From: Macrostomum lignano
Lineage: Eukaryota
Assembly (NCBI GenBank): GCA_002269645.1
Contig: NIVC01000024.1
Span: 682,001-746,000 of the forward strand
DNA: 64,000 nt
Direction of reading: 5' to 3'
A program made the translations under genes and the position numbers. Shown here one piece after another: positions 1 to 12,900 of this stretch. Numbering within the stretch: the stretch's first letter is position 1; the number at the start of each line of letters is the position of its first letter. A model generated the notes under the pieces. It did not search any database. It saw only the letters and a program-made list of their open reading frames with translations, and was not told the DNA's origin.

Positions 1-1400
1 TACATCAAGCCCTCTTTGACTACGCGGTTCAGGCGCCCCACACCAGAGTTGCCTTGAGGGTGGTAGAACGAAGTCTGACGATGATTGATGCCTTGAAAAC
101 GACAAAACAGCGCCTTGAGGCTCTTGATGATAGTAGCTAACGTCGCTGAAGAGAGACAGATCAGTTCAGGCCACTTTGAATGCAGGTCGTGCACACCGAG
201 GATGAAGTAGCAGGTAGTTCTGTGGTGCACCCTGGTGCAGCTCTCCAAGCAACTCGATCTGCAACTCTGTCCACGGTTCCTTCGGTCACTTAGTCGGGCT
301 CAGCACAGTCCAATGTGACTTAAAGCTCTTTGCGCTAATGATGCACGCAGAGCAGCCGCTGACGAACCTCTCGATGTCGCTGTCCATTTTGGACCACCAC
401 GCTGTGTCTCAGCAGTGGTGCTTGGTCCTGCTAATTCCCTTAATTGTGACCTTGATGCGGTAAGTCGAGCACTCGCTGACGCAGTTCTGGTATGACGGCG
501 CGAGTTCCGATGGCCAAGCACCTGCCGTTGCTCGAGACAGTCAGATCGTTTCTGACAATCCACTTGGGCATCCGGTGCTCATCGAGTTTTTCTTTGTCCG
601 GCCAACCGGCAACTTTGAACTCTGTGACTTTTGCCAGGAGCTCGTCCTTTGAGGTTGCCTCAGCCAGTTCGTCCTCGGTAACCACAATGAACGCCTTAAT
701 CAGTATCACTCTCTGGACTTCCAGATCGTCCATTGTATCGCCTTCCGTGACGATCCGCAGTCCCAGCTGATCCGTGAGGTCACATCCAAGAATTTCAGAT
801 CCGGTCTTGACCACACTGATGTTAAAGTAAGGCACTACCTTGTCCTTGAGCTGCACTAAGGTCAGGATGTCACCAAGCACGATGATCAGCTTCCGCAACG
901 ATGTCTGCAGAGTCACGTTGGGCAGAAGTTCGTACGTCTTGGTATGATGGAGACTTGCGAACCGGAGACAACAAGCAGCAGACTTTGCAGTGCTTGATTT
1001 CTGTCGCGGCTGTCAACACAGTGCAGATCGAGCACTCATTCGGAAGCTGTCGTACCCAGTTGTCGCTCCTGCAGACTCTGGCGAAGTGCTCGCGCTTGCC
1101 TCCGCTTTGCTGTTCTTGGCCTTGCTAATCTGCTGGACTCCAAATGAGCTGCTTGGGTCTGCTTGGCCACTCTAGCTCCGACTCTATAAGCAGCCACTCT
1201 CAGATGTGGTTGCTGCAAGAGCACTTTCTCGACAAGCAAAGTCGCGACAAGTCGCTGAGCTCTCTGTCGGAATCTGTGCCTCTCAACTCTTCGTTGATCT
1301 TGGGTCCGAAGTGCGTGTCGAGGAGTTTCAGCGTTTCCTTCCTTCTGATTGCAGCTGGGGAATCGAATGGAACCTTCCATGGGTTTCATTCAATCGGCGG
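1..1400 (-). mobile_element. Degenerate Ty3/gypsy-like LTR retrotransposon pol remnant (integrase zinc-binding region and start of integrase core)
   Basis: ORF 440-916 ends GTRAVIPELRQRVLDLPHQGHN, matching the gypsy 'VIP..LR..VL...H.GH.G' integrase Zn-binding motif. Frameshifted continuations read ..RARLT.. and PTKPWTELQI.. (integrase core start). Multiple frameshifts and stops. Confidence 0.75.
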
Positions 1401-1839
1401 TGCAACCATCGGCTGGCAGAAACGATGTTGACACTCATTCTGTTGGCTGCATCTCTGCTTGCCTGTTCAGTCCATGAAAAACAATCCAAACCTCAAATGA
1501 AGTTGGAGTTACTTCTATATTTAATCGTGAACGCATGTACATGTACATATCTAGAATCAGTGAGAGCATGTACATGTAGCATTTCTTTAACCCAATCACT
1601 AACTAGCAGCTAGTGAGTACGCTAATTTTACAACAGTTCTGTCAACATGTTCTGCTTGGTTCTGTTTGGGTGCTGTCAAGTTCCCATTTTTGATGAGGAC
1701 AAACTTTCAGCGCTGGTTTTTAGGTAGAAGTAACTCTTCTTCGAAGTGTGCCATATTTATTACTAAAAGCAGTAGTATACTGTATAGCATCGTATGATAT
1801 TATTTTTGGGAGGCAGAGCAGCGTACCGGTAAAACCACC

Positions 1840-2200
1840 CGCTGGGTGTTTACCCACTGGATGTTCACCCGCTGGATGTTTACCCACTGGATGTTCACCC
1901 GCCTGATGCTTCCCTGCCTGATGCTTCCCCACCTGATGATTCCCCACCTGATGCTTTCCTGCCTGATGCTTCCCCACCTGATGATTCCCCACCTGATGCT
2001 TCCCTGCCTGATGCTTCCCTGCCTGATGCTTCCTCGCCTGATGCTTCCCTGCCTGATGCTTCCCCGCCTGATGCTTCCCCGCCTGATTCTTCCCCGCCTG
2101 ATGCTTCCCCACCTGATGCTTCCCTACCTGATGCTTCCCCACCTGATGCTTCCCCACCTGATGCTTCCCCACCTGATGATTCCCCAGCTGGATGCTTCCC
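1840..2200. repeat. 15-bp minisatellite (CCCCACCTGATGCTT and variants)
   Basis: Tandem units read directly; they explain ORFs 1720-2229, 1846-2361 and 1895-2212. Confidence 0.95.
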
Positions 2201-2611
2201 CGCCGCAGACACTCAGGATGTGTTCCCACCGCTTGTTTACCCGTCGGCTGCTTGCCCCTAACAAAGCGGAAATGTATTTTTTATCTTTTAGTCTTTCTGC
2301 TGGCAACCGCGGACTTAGGAAGAGACAAACCTTCAATTTTTCTACAGCGTCTTATGGTTAAGATTTCCCAATGGAAAAGAGAAACATTCAATTTCACTAA
2401 AATTCGCGTTGATCCAACATATTTTACAAGAATCGATTTTGCTTTTGCAAGAATAAATACTCTAATAAAACTAATAATTTTATTAATTAAAAGCAATTAA
2501 TTTCTTGATTTTAGATTCATTCATTGATTCAAAATGCCATCGCCAATATTTAACCGTCTCTGTCTAATTTACAGTACCCTGTCACGTTTGCCCGAGTCGG
2601 CCGACCTCCCA

Positions 2612-2692
2612 TGCAGATCCTGATTTGTTGGGCCAGCCTCCCAGATCCTCATTTGTTGGGCCAGCCTCCCAGATCCTCAGTTGCTGGGCCTC
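2612..2692. repeat. About 3 copies of the 28-bp unit of the 7073-7790 array, in inverted orientation
   Basis: GATCCTCAGTTGCTGGGCCAGCCTCCCA is the reverse complement of the 7073-7790 unit. Confidence 0.85.
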
Positions 2693-3703
2693 AAAGTGCC
2701 TGGACTTGAATTTTAAGTCTTCTTTGATACCAGTATTTCAGTTGAGACTTGTATTTTCTTAGGCAATCATGAATTAAAACCAGTGCGTCCCGACTCCTTG
2801 GTGCCAGCTACGGAAGAGAACCTGTCTGCAGCAAATGTAGGTAGGAATACTCGGCAGAGTCGAAGAGGGTGTTGGTGATAGCGACAACCGCACTACATTG
2901 GTCCTTCGTCATTCGTTTGAACCGAATTACATATCGTCTCGGGAGAGGCGCCAGTAAATGCGCGCAGAGCGCCATGTCTATAAATTCGCGTCAGTTTGAG
3001 AAGCAAGATTGATCAGGTATTGTTTCTGAGAGCAGACCAACTCTTGTCCATCTTATGTCACCATCGCTTCAGCTAGTGCTGCTTCTTCCCTCGATGCTCT
3101 GCCTTCAGGCGTCGGGAAGCTTCGTGGAGCTGAGCGTCCTGATCAGCGTGCCGAGTCTCAATCTGAACAAGACTCTGCTGCGCATCCTGCCTGCTTGAGA
3201 ACTTCAGGAAGTTCGACTTCGTCACCATCTCCACCCGGTCGATAAATCGAACTCAGCACCGATTCCTTCTATAGCCATGCTGAGCAGATGGCGACCATTT
3301 CTCTGACGCCCGATAACAGTTGCAACACGAATGTTGTGAGGCGTCTGAACGGTGGCACCTCGGTGGCAACGGTGGCAATTCGTTATCAATTTCTTTCATT
3401 TTTCAGATGCCCAGAGCCATACGTGGGCTTTTTTGCGAGTTAGACTCTATTTTCATAGAGAAGTTATCAAAAAGTTTTTCAACAGTTTTTCAACAACCAA
3501 CAAAGTTTGAGCCCCAAAATAAAGAAAGATCTGCCAACTGTATGCGTGAGAACTTTCGATTTTTTCAGAATAAAAAACATTGAATTTACGAGCGTAAATA
3601 CCAATCAACCGCAAATATATCGTCTCAGCATTGCAGAGTCCTAAAACGTGTTTTCATTTATTATTAATTTTTCTCTAAGATCATTTTATCAGATAAAACA
3701 TTC

Positions 3704-4175
3704 ATTTTAGCGCCGCAGACACTCACTTTAGCGCCGCAGACACTCACTTTAGCGCCGCAGACACTCATTTTAGCGCCGCAGACACTCATTTTAGCGCCGC
3801 AGACACTCATTTTAGCGCCGCAGACACTCACTTTAGCGCCGCAGACACTCATTTTAGCGCCGCAGACACTCATTTTAGCGCCGCAGACACTCATTTTAGC
3901 GCCGCAGACACTCACTTTAGCGCCGCAGGCACTCATTTTAGCGCCGCAGACACTCATTTTAGCGCCGCAGACACTCACTTTAGCGCCGCAGACACTCATT
4001 TTAGCGCCGCAGACACTCACTTTAGCGCCGCAGACACTCATTTTAGCCCCACAGACACTCATTTTAGCGCCGCAGACACTCATTTTAGCGCCGCAGACAC
4101 TCACTTTAGCGCCGCAGACACTCATTTTAGCGCCGCAGACACTCATTTTAGCGCGGCAGACACTGATTTTAGCGC
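3704..4175. repeat. 21-bp minisatellite (TTTTAGCGCCGCAGACACTCA)
   Basis: About 22 tandem units; explains ORF 3664-4422. Confidence 0.97.
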
Positions 4176-5124
4176 AAAAAAACAAAATCATTGATTTCAA
4201 CAACGGGTCAGAAGGTGGAGTTGGGGGGCAAAGCTTTGGCATGTCCCCCTGTCCCTCGCCGGCGACGGATCCTGGAGACATGGGCGTCTCAAAGACACCA
4301 AATATTGGCTCTCCTAAGGGTGTTCCCCTAAGGGTACATGTACGAGTACATGTAACGATCTCCTTCTGCACCATACAGTTACTACTTTCCAGTAGCAATG
4401 GCAGTGCAGTATACTGTAGCATTTTACTTTAGCATTATACTGTAGTGTTTTACACTGTTTCTACAGTGTACTCTATTTATGTTTCTACATGTTGTTTTGA
4501 ACTCACACGCAATGAAGTCAATTAGAGAGCTTTCAAACGACAAATAACATTTTACTATTTCAAATCTACAAAAATTGCAATTTCGCAATTCACGATTTAG
4601 CATTTAGATGACGACTACACAGTTACAGCACATCAGTATATTCCTAATTAAATAAAAAATGGTGCCAATCGAAGGCAAATCAATATTGACACTGGACAAC
4701 TTGTACATGTTCTCATGTACAAACAGGTATATATATTTATTGAAAACTAGAAGCAGGCTCCTGCATCTTGCAAGACACCTCACAGTGACAGAAATTTGCA
4801 ACAGGTTGATATAGCATCAGAAGGTGATCGCACATGTGCTTGTAAATGTAATACATTGATAAGTTATTTAAAGGACAGGTTTCAGTGACAAAAGAATATT
4901 ATATGTACGACACTAAACAAACTATGAGTCTAAAGCTTAATATATAAAAAAACTGTGAAATGATGGCCGAATGCATATTTATCATTATTGCGTTAAAAAA
5001 AGACAGCGGCTCAAACACTGATATGGGGTAATCAGGAAAACAAAACAAGATCGTAATGCCATCTTAATATTGACTCAGAATACAAGTATTGTATAAATCA
5101 GGAGTCGGCATACTCCGGCCCACT

Positions 5125-6402
5125 AAAAGTTTGCCTCTTCTCTCTCCTTTTATCTCTCTACTCTCCCTCTTCTCTACTATCCCCTCCTCTCTTCTTTCTC
5201 CCCTCTTTTCTCCTCATTTTTCTATTCTCTCTCCCCTCTTCTCACTTCTCTCTACTCTCCCCTCTTTTCTCTTCTCTCTACTCTCCCCTCTTCTCTCTTC
5301 TCTCCCCTCTTCTCTCTTCTCTCCCCTCTTCTCTCTACTCTCCCCTCTTCTCTCTTCTCTCTACTCTCCCCTCTTTTCTCTTCTCTCTACTCTCCCCTCT
5401 CCCCTCTTCTCTCTACTCTCCCCTCTTCTCTCTACTCTCCCCTCTTCTCTCTACTCTCCTCTCTTCTCTCCCCTCTTCTCTCTACTCTCCTCTCTTCTCT
5501 CTTTTCTCCCCTCTTTTCTCTTCTCTCTACTCTCCCCTCTTCTCTCTACTCTCCTCTCTTCTCTCCCCTCTCCCCTCTTCTCTCTACTCTCCCCTCTTCT
5601 CTCTACTCTCCCCTCTTCTCTCTACTCTCCCCTTTTCTCTCTACTCTCCCCTCTTCTCTCTACTCTCCCCTCTTCTCTCTACTCTCCCCCCTTCTCTCTA
5701 CTCTCCCCTCTTCTCTCTACTCTCCCCTCTCCCCTCTACTCTCCCCTCTTCTCTCTACTCTCCCCCCTTCTCTCTACTCTCCCCCCTTCTCTCTACTCTC
5801 CCCTCTTCTCTCTACTCTCCCCCCTTCTCTCTACTCTCCCCTCTTCTCTCTACTCTCCCCTCTCCCCTCTTCTCTCTACTCTCCCCTCTTTTCTCTACTC
5901 TCCCCTCTTCTCTCTACTCTCCCCTCTTCTCTCTACTCTCCCCTCTCCCCTCTTCTCTCTACTCTCCCCTCTCCCCTCTTCTCTCTACTCTCCCCTCTTC
6001 TCTCTACTCTCCCCTCTTCCCTCTTCTCTCTACTCTCCCCTCTTCTCTCTACTCTCCCCTCTCCCCTCTTCTCTCTACTCTCCCCTCTTCTCTCTACTCT
6101 CCCCTCTCCCCTCTTCTCTCTACTCTCCCCTCTTCTCTCTACTCTCGCCTCTTCTCTCCCCTCTCCCCTCTTCTCTCTACTCTCGCCTCTTCTCTCCCCT
6201 CTCCCCTCTTCTCTCTACTCTCCCCTCTTCTCTCTACTCTCCCCTCTTCTCTCTACTCTCCCCTCTTCTCTCTACTCTCGCCTCTTCTCTCCCCTCTCCC
6301 CTCTTCTCTCTACTCTCCCCTCTTCTCTCTACTCTCCCCTCTTCTCTCTACTCTCCCCTCTTCTCTCTACTCTCGCCTCTTCTCTCCTCTTCTCTCTCCT
6401 CA
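5125..6402. repeat. CT-rich low-complexity minisatellite (~19-bp CTCTCTACTCTCCCCTCTT-like unit)
   Basis: Polypyrimidine tandem tract; ORF 5089-6441 (S/L/P only) is its artefact. Confidence 0.95.
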
Positions 6403-6966
6403 ATCGTCTCATCTATACAAAGAAGCAGAATTAAGATTTAGCTTGGTACTACATGAAGTTTTCTAAAGGCAAGTTAAAGCGTTAATTGCGGCTAATACAG
6501 TTTTACAAAAAGTTACTGCAGGACAAGCTAAAGAAGTTCAACCAATTCAAAATAGTGTTATAGCGCTGAGCAGTGGAAATAGGGGGGGGCATTAAGGCCG
6601 AATTAGGTTGACCTTAAACAAACGATAAATGTCTGTAGCAGACAGATACAAAAGTATAACAAGAAGTACAGCAATGTATTATTAGGCAAATAATGATGTT
6701 GTAGAAGTTATAAAAAAATCATTTTCTCCACTAATCTTTAATTAAACAACTATAAATAAAATTGGAGAGGATAAAATTAGACATTTAGTTTAGAACAAAT
6801 ACTATTATGAATATTATTAATATTATAAGAAACATTACTGCATACTAAAGGGGGTGTACAAATATTATTACACCATATAGACAAATTTTACATGTAAGAG
6901 AGCAACAAAAAAGGTAAATTGTCCAATTAACGATTAATCTCTCCCGTCTGTCTTTGCTGTCATCTT

Positions 6967-6989
6967 CTACTCCTGATTGGATGCCTCAT
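6967..6989 (-). CDS. Predicted last coding exon of the RIIa/IQ gene (..DEASNQE*)
   Basis: Strong acceptor ctctgtttgtttcag; phase 1 matches the weak donor at 8106. Confidence 0.5.
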
Positions 6990-9900
6990 CTGAAACAAAC
7001 AGAGCAGAGTTCCGGCTTTAATGCAACATGTCATTGTGATGTTTGATCTTCCAAAGCTACATTAGCAATAAAATGAGGATCTGGGAGACTGGCCCAGCAA
7101 CTGAGGATCTGGGAGGCTGGCCCAGCAACTGAGGATCTGGGAGGCTGGCCCAGCAACTGAGGATCTGGGAGGCTGGCCCAGCAACTGAGGATCTGGGAGG
7201 CTGGCCCAGCAACTGAGGATCTGGGAGGCTGGCCCAGCAACTGAGGATCTGGGAGGCTGGCCCAGCAACTGAGGATCTGGGAGGCTGGCCCAGCAGCTGA
7301 GGATCTGGGAGGCTGGCCCAGCAGCTGAGGATCTGGGAGGCTGGCCCAGCAACTGAGGATCTGGGAGGCTGGCCCAGCAACTGAGGATCTGGGAGGCTGG
7401 CCCAGCAACTGCGGATCTGGGAGGCTGGTGGCCCAGCAACTGAGGATCTGGGAGGCTGGCCCAGCAACTGAGGATCTGGGAGGCTGGCCCAGCAACTGCG
7501 GATCTGGGAGGCTGGCCCAGCAACTGCGGATCTGGGAGGCTGGCCCAGCAACTGCGGATCTGGGAGGCTGGCCCAGCAACTGAGGATCTGGGAGGCTGGC
7601 CCAGCAACTGAGGATCTGGGAGGCTGGCCCAGCAACTGAGGATCTGGGAGGCTGGCCCAGCAACTGAGGATCTGGGAGGCTGGTACAGCAACTGAGGATC
7701 TGGGAGGCTGGCCCAGCAACTGAGGATCTGGGAGGCTGGCCCAGCAGCTGAGGATCTGGGAGGCTGGCTCAGCAACTGAGGATCTGTAGGCTAGGCGGTT
7801 GATAAAAACGCTTATAAATTACGCTTGCGAATAAAACAGTAGGACACCTGAAAAGCAACATTGCCAAGCTAATAAATAGAGCCTGTGACAAGAAAGCTGT
7901 GCGATAATTTAAAAAGGCTCTACTAACTACAGGTAAAATCATCTAGGCTAAGTGTAGGAATGAATCCGTATACAATATTGACAATCGATTTTGAAATTGG
8001 AGTGAGCATTTTTCAATCGATCGTTTAATCAATCAAAGGTGTCACAATTCACAAGACCAAACAGCAAACTAGAATTGGGCAGTTCCGCACTGGCTCAGTA
8101 CAGACCGGTAGTCTGGGTCGTCAGTGCGGCCTCAGCGGTGTTGCGCTGCTGCTTGCGCAACTCAGCAGCCTCCTTGCGCGCCTGCATGCCTATTGGCGAC
8201 GAGAATTGGTCGGGTACAGCGTAGGAGGTACATTAGTAATGTCGTATTAATATCAGGGGGAATAGAAAAGAACGCCTAACAAAGCGTGTGCACTATCATA
8301 GGAGCGCATTTGTATACGCGCGCACCGGTTTAACCGGACATTTTGTAGGTGCGCGCTGTCATAAGCGAAGCGCGCACAGTTTCTAAGAATAGGCACAGGA
8401 GCGCACAGTTTCTAAGAATTGGCACAGGAGCGCACATTTTCTAAGAATAGGCACAGGAGCGCACATTTTCTAAGAATTGGCACAGGAGCGCACATTTTCT
8501 AAGAATTGGCACAGGAGCGCACATTTTCTAAGAATTGGCACAGGAGCGCACATTTTCTAAGAATTGGCACAGGAGCGCACAATTTCTAAGAATAGGCACA
8601 GGAGCGCACATTTTAAAGAAGTGACACGTGAGACCACTGGGGTGTCAGAGTACGTGTGAACTAAATGAACTTTAGTTGTACTACCTACTGGAATACAAAT
8701 AATGTTTTTGTAACTTTAAAAAATGTCATCTTTGTTAGTCCCTTGCGCTAAAACTCATGACCGTGTCCTTAAAAAAATCAAAGCGGGACGGTTAAGCTAC
8801 TTAGTTAGTAGTATACGGAGCTTAGTTAATCCACCGTTAGTTTCTGACATGTATAAATACAAAAAACCGCAATTCAGACTAACTGCCAAGATGCTTTACC
8901 TCGAAATCCGGCCTGAATTTTGACAGCTGCCTTCGCGTTCGACTTGTCCTTATCTGCCGCATCAGCTTGGTAATTCTAAAGAAATTTAAAGAAAAAAAAT
9001 GAAGATTAATATACTACTCTATTTATAATATTTCAGTACTATCTGCTATGATAATGATTGCATACAATTATTTACAGCGACACAAAAAACAACACTTAAG
9101 ACTAAAAAGCTGCTAGATTCAGAAACTTTTGCCGCAAGCATTTCAGTTTAGTGATCTGAGCATCAAACTTCATTATAGTTAGTGAAGTAAAAAAAATGAT
9201 GCAACCAAACAAGCAACAAGCACATTAATACGCTCGTAAGGTCTAGGTGAAGGCAAAGATGCTAGACTAACCAGATATGTCACTCGCAATTAAAGTTGTG
9301 AAAAAAACAGAGCCTGTACTCGTCTTTCAGTAGTTTGTCTGCGCAGTGTCACTTAAATTTACTGTGGCAGCTAAAATCTCTTTTACTTACTCGGGATTTG
9401 CGGCCTCAGAAGCATATGGGGTTAAGAATGAACAACAAGAATTTAAGAGTCACTTTGAAGATGTACAAAAGTGAACGCAAGAGGGAGACGAAACTGCGTC
9501 TAGGGGGGGGGGGCAGGCCCAATCTAGCCCAGCCAATGAGAGAGCAGTAAGGAGAGAGAAAGTAAGACGGACGAAACTCAGCCTAGGGGGAACGTACAAG
9601 GTCCAATCTAGCTCAGCCAATGAGAGAGCAGTAAAGAAAGAGGTAAAAGTCAGATACAGACATGGCCGGGGCTAGGCTAGGGCGCCACCCCTTTTCTCTT
9701 GCCCGCTATGCACATTGGGTTTTTTGTTTGCAATTGACGCATTTTAAGCGACATTGTCACACAACCGGCGGGAGACATTACTGCTCAGTCCGCCGACTCC
9801 TCTGAGCAGGCACACAAGCGCGCGGATACGTACGCAGTCATACGCACAGGCACACACTCACACAGCAGTGTACAGCGGCCCAAACTTTATTTATCGTTGG

Positions 9901-12900
9901 GCATGTACACTTCACTGTGTCTTGGGGGGTTCGCCCTCAAGGCCGTTAATTACACGAGCAGAGCTAAGCCGAGATTTCAATTAAGCCCCAAATTAATGTG
10001 ACTGCAATAAAGGAGCGCCGAGCTAGACCATAGACGAATAAAACAGAGGATGCTAATTTAATGGGCCTGCTAGTAGAAAGCCAGCAAAGATTAAATATTT
10101 TGTAAAAAATTAATATAATATTTCATTTCATTATTAAGGCATAAAAACAAAAAACGCTAATTTTGCTACTGAAAAAGAAGTAGATGAGCGCATTTCTTTG
10201 CGCGTGCATCATCAAATTATCCTGTTATTTCTAGTATCTGTAGATGAAGAGACTAAAATAAGGTTTGTTCAACTACCGACAACATTAAGTGTATTGCAGA
10301 ATAGAAGGCGCTTATTCTGATTAAACAAAAAATTAATTTAGACGAGGAATTTGACACAGGAACAATGATCAGGACCAGGGAATTTTGCTGATGAAAAGTG
10401 AGAACTCTCTAAGAGTCGGGTGTGAACCCAAGAGTCTCGATTCCACTGATCGTCTTCATAATATCTATAGTAACTATATTACCAAATCGTTTTAAACAGT
10501 CTGAAGTTTTTAATCTTGATACTTGATACTCGAGAGTTTATAATGTCTAGATCCTGTCAAGAGTTCACCGACCTTCATCACGAAACTTATTATACTAACT
10601 ATACTAGCAAAATATTAAATTTAAAGTTTAAAACTGCATGAACACGTTACCGATGCTGCGCAGTTGGAGCCGCTTGAGTAATAAGAATAATAAGCTATCA
10701 AATGCTTCACTAGCCCAGACTTGCACTCGTCCATTTTAGATACACATTCGGGTTTGAATAAGATCCAATGGTTGCGGGATCAGCTATCAGTAAAGAAAAT
10801 ACTCCCCTTTTATACTAATCAAGCTAAGAGAGCTCAGGATAGGAAAATGTTTCCCGATTTTATCCAACCATCAATAGCTCGGAAGCTCGGGATCTCACAG
10901 GTCCCTTATTTCTCTCAAATAGGCGCGGACATCCAATGCAAATTCAGAGCATAAGGAACAGGCATTGAAAGCGGCCGGTCAAGCGTTCACAGGGCGGTGT
11001 CCCGTTAGGCTTTAGGGGCTGGGCAGTTTCTCCAGGCAAAAGAGGCACAATTCTATACACTTTCGATAGAGCAGAATGAAAACCCACTAACTATTGAGCA
11101 GTGCTGCGCTTTGAGAAAAATTGTTGAGGAAAACATGTGGCAATTAACCTGGCGTCTTTGTGTATTAAAGCTGATTTAATTTCTTAGGTATGAACTTTTC
11201 CATTTCGGCTGGACATCCATTAATATATAAATAACCGAATCCGTGCGACTGTAGCTTAGAGATTAGAGCGTCGGACTCAAGACTTGGAAGGTCGGGGGTT
11301 CGATTCCCGATCCCATTGCAACCATTTTTGTCCTTGATCAAGACAACTAGCATTAGCTAGCAAAGCTGCGGCTGAGCTGTCGGTTGACATATGACCCAAG
11401 TTGGACTGGTGCAACCAAGTATTACTATTATTATTAAATATCCGAAAGAACATGCAAAAACATTGGTTAGCCCATGAAAAGTGCATAAATTTAAACATAT
11501 AACAGGAAATCCGACTGATGGAAAGGTAAACCAGAAAGAGGAAGCCAAGCGTCATAGGTTAGAGATATATAATATAACCCTGACAATCCACGACTACACC
11601 CCTCTTACGGAGGCAGAAGCCACACCCAGAAAATGTACTCTTACATAAAAAGCTAAATTTTTACGTCATAGAGGAGAGCTAATGGATAATAAGGGCGAAT
11701 ATGCTAAAAGTATCCTGGAGTGACCACCAACAAGGCGTAGGTGTTTAACTCAACAAAGCGCAATGTTAAGATTGTGCCCAAAAACAAAAAACCATAACAA
11801 CAAAGCAGAAACAAAAGGCAAGAAACTGAAAACAAGTTCGAATACTGAGTATAATGCCAAGATAACATACGCCAATCTAACTAAAAACGGCAAACGAAAA
11901 AAGCGTTGAAATTGCATGCAACGAAAAAATGATGCATGCATTTTCAACACAAGCATCCGGCTATTCTACAGACACTGAATCTGCACCTTGTCAGCATTGT
12001 CCTCGGGCGCTGCTTCCACAGATTCTCTCTGCTGCGATTCGTCGATTTGTTCCGCTTTCTTCTTCTTCTTCTTGTTTTTCTTTTTCTTTTTCTTGTCTTT
12101 CTGGGGCTCCTCGGCTGTGATTCCTTCTGCTACTGGATCACCCTCTACATTCTCGGTGGTCTCAGGAACTGCTGCTCCACCTTGATGTTGCCCGTCAGTA
12201 TGTTCCTCCTTCCACTCACCAACAACCTCAGGAGATTGAACAGGATCATCTAGATTCTGAGCTACAACAGCAGCAGGCTCCTCCTCACGCTTCTCATCAC
12301 CAACCGAAGGTGCAGGCTCCTCCTCACGCTTCTCATCACCAACCGAAGGTGCAGGCTCCTCCTCACGCTTCTCATCACCAACCGAAGGTGCAGGCTCCTC
12401 CTCACGCTTCTCATCACCAACCGAAGGTGCAGGCTCCTCCTCACGCTTCTCATCACCAACCAAAGGTGCAGGCTCCTCCTCACGCTTCTCATCACCAACC
12501 GAAGGTGCTGGCTCCTCCTCACGCTTCTCATCTACAACAGCGGGTGCAGGCTCCTTCTCACGCTTCTCATCAACAACCGAAGGTGCAGGCTCTTCCTTAG
12601 AAGGTGCAGGCTCCTCCTCACGCTTCTCGTCAACAACCGAAGGTGCAGGCTCCTCCTCACGCTTCTCATCACCAACCGAAGGTGCAAGCTCCTCCTCACG
12701 CTTCTCATCTACAACAGCGGGTGCAGGCTCCTTCTCACGCTTCTCATCAACAACCGAAGGTGCAGGCTCTTCCTTAGAAGGTGCAGGCTCCTCCTCACGC
12801 TTCTCGTCAACAACCGAAGGTGCAGGCTCCTCCTCACGCTTCTCGTCAACAACCGAAGGTGCAGGCTCCTCCTCACGCTTCTCATCACCAACCGAAGTTG

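Noticed and set aside
5089-6441. 450-aa S/L/P ORF
   Set aside because: Translation of a polypyrimidine repeat that cannot contain stop codons.
7031-7775. Three overlapping 210-237-aa ORFs
   Set aside because: The 28-bp unit cycles through all frames; no coding signal.
3704-8620. Regular 21-, 28- and 29-bp direct repeats resembling CRISPR arrays
   Set aside because: The units are head-to-tail with no unique spacers, there are no cas genes, and the context is eukaryotic.
9480-9640. Two ~80-bp tandem copies containing CCAAT boxes
   Set aside because: They lie within an intron and no downstream gene start was found, so there is no support for a promoter call.
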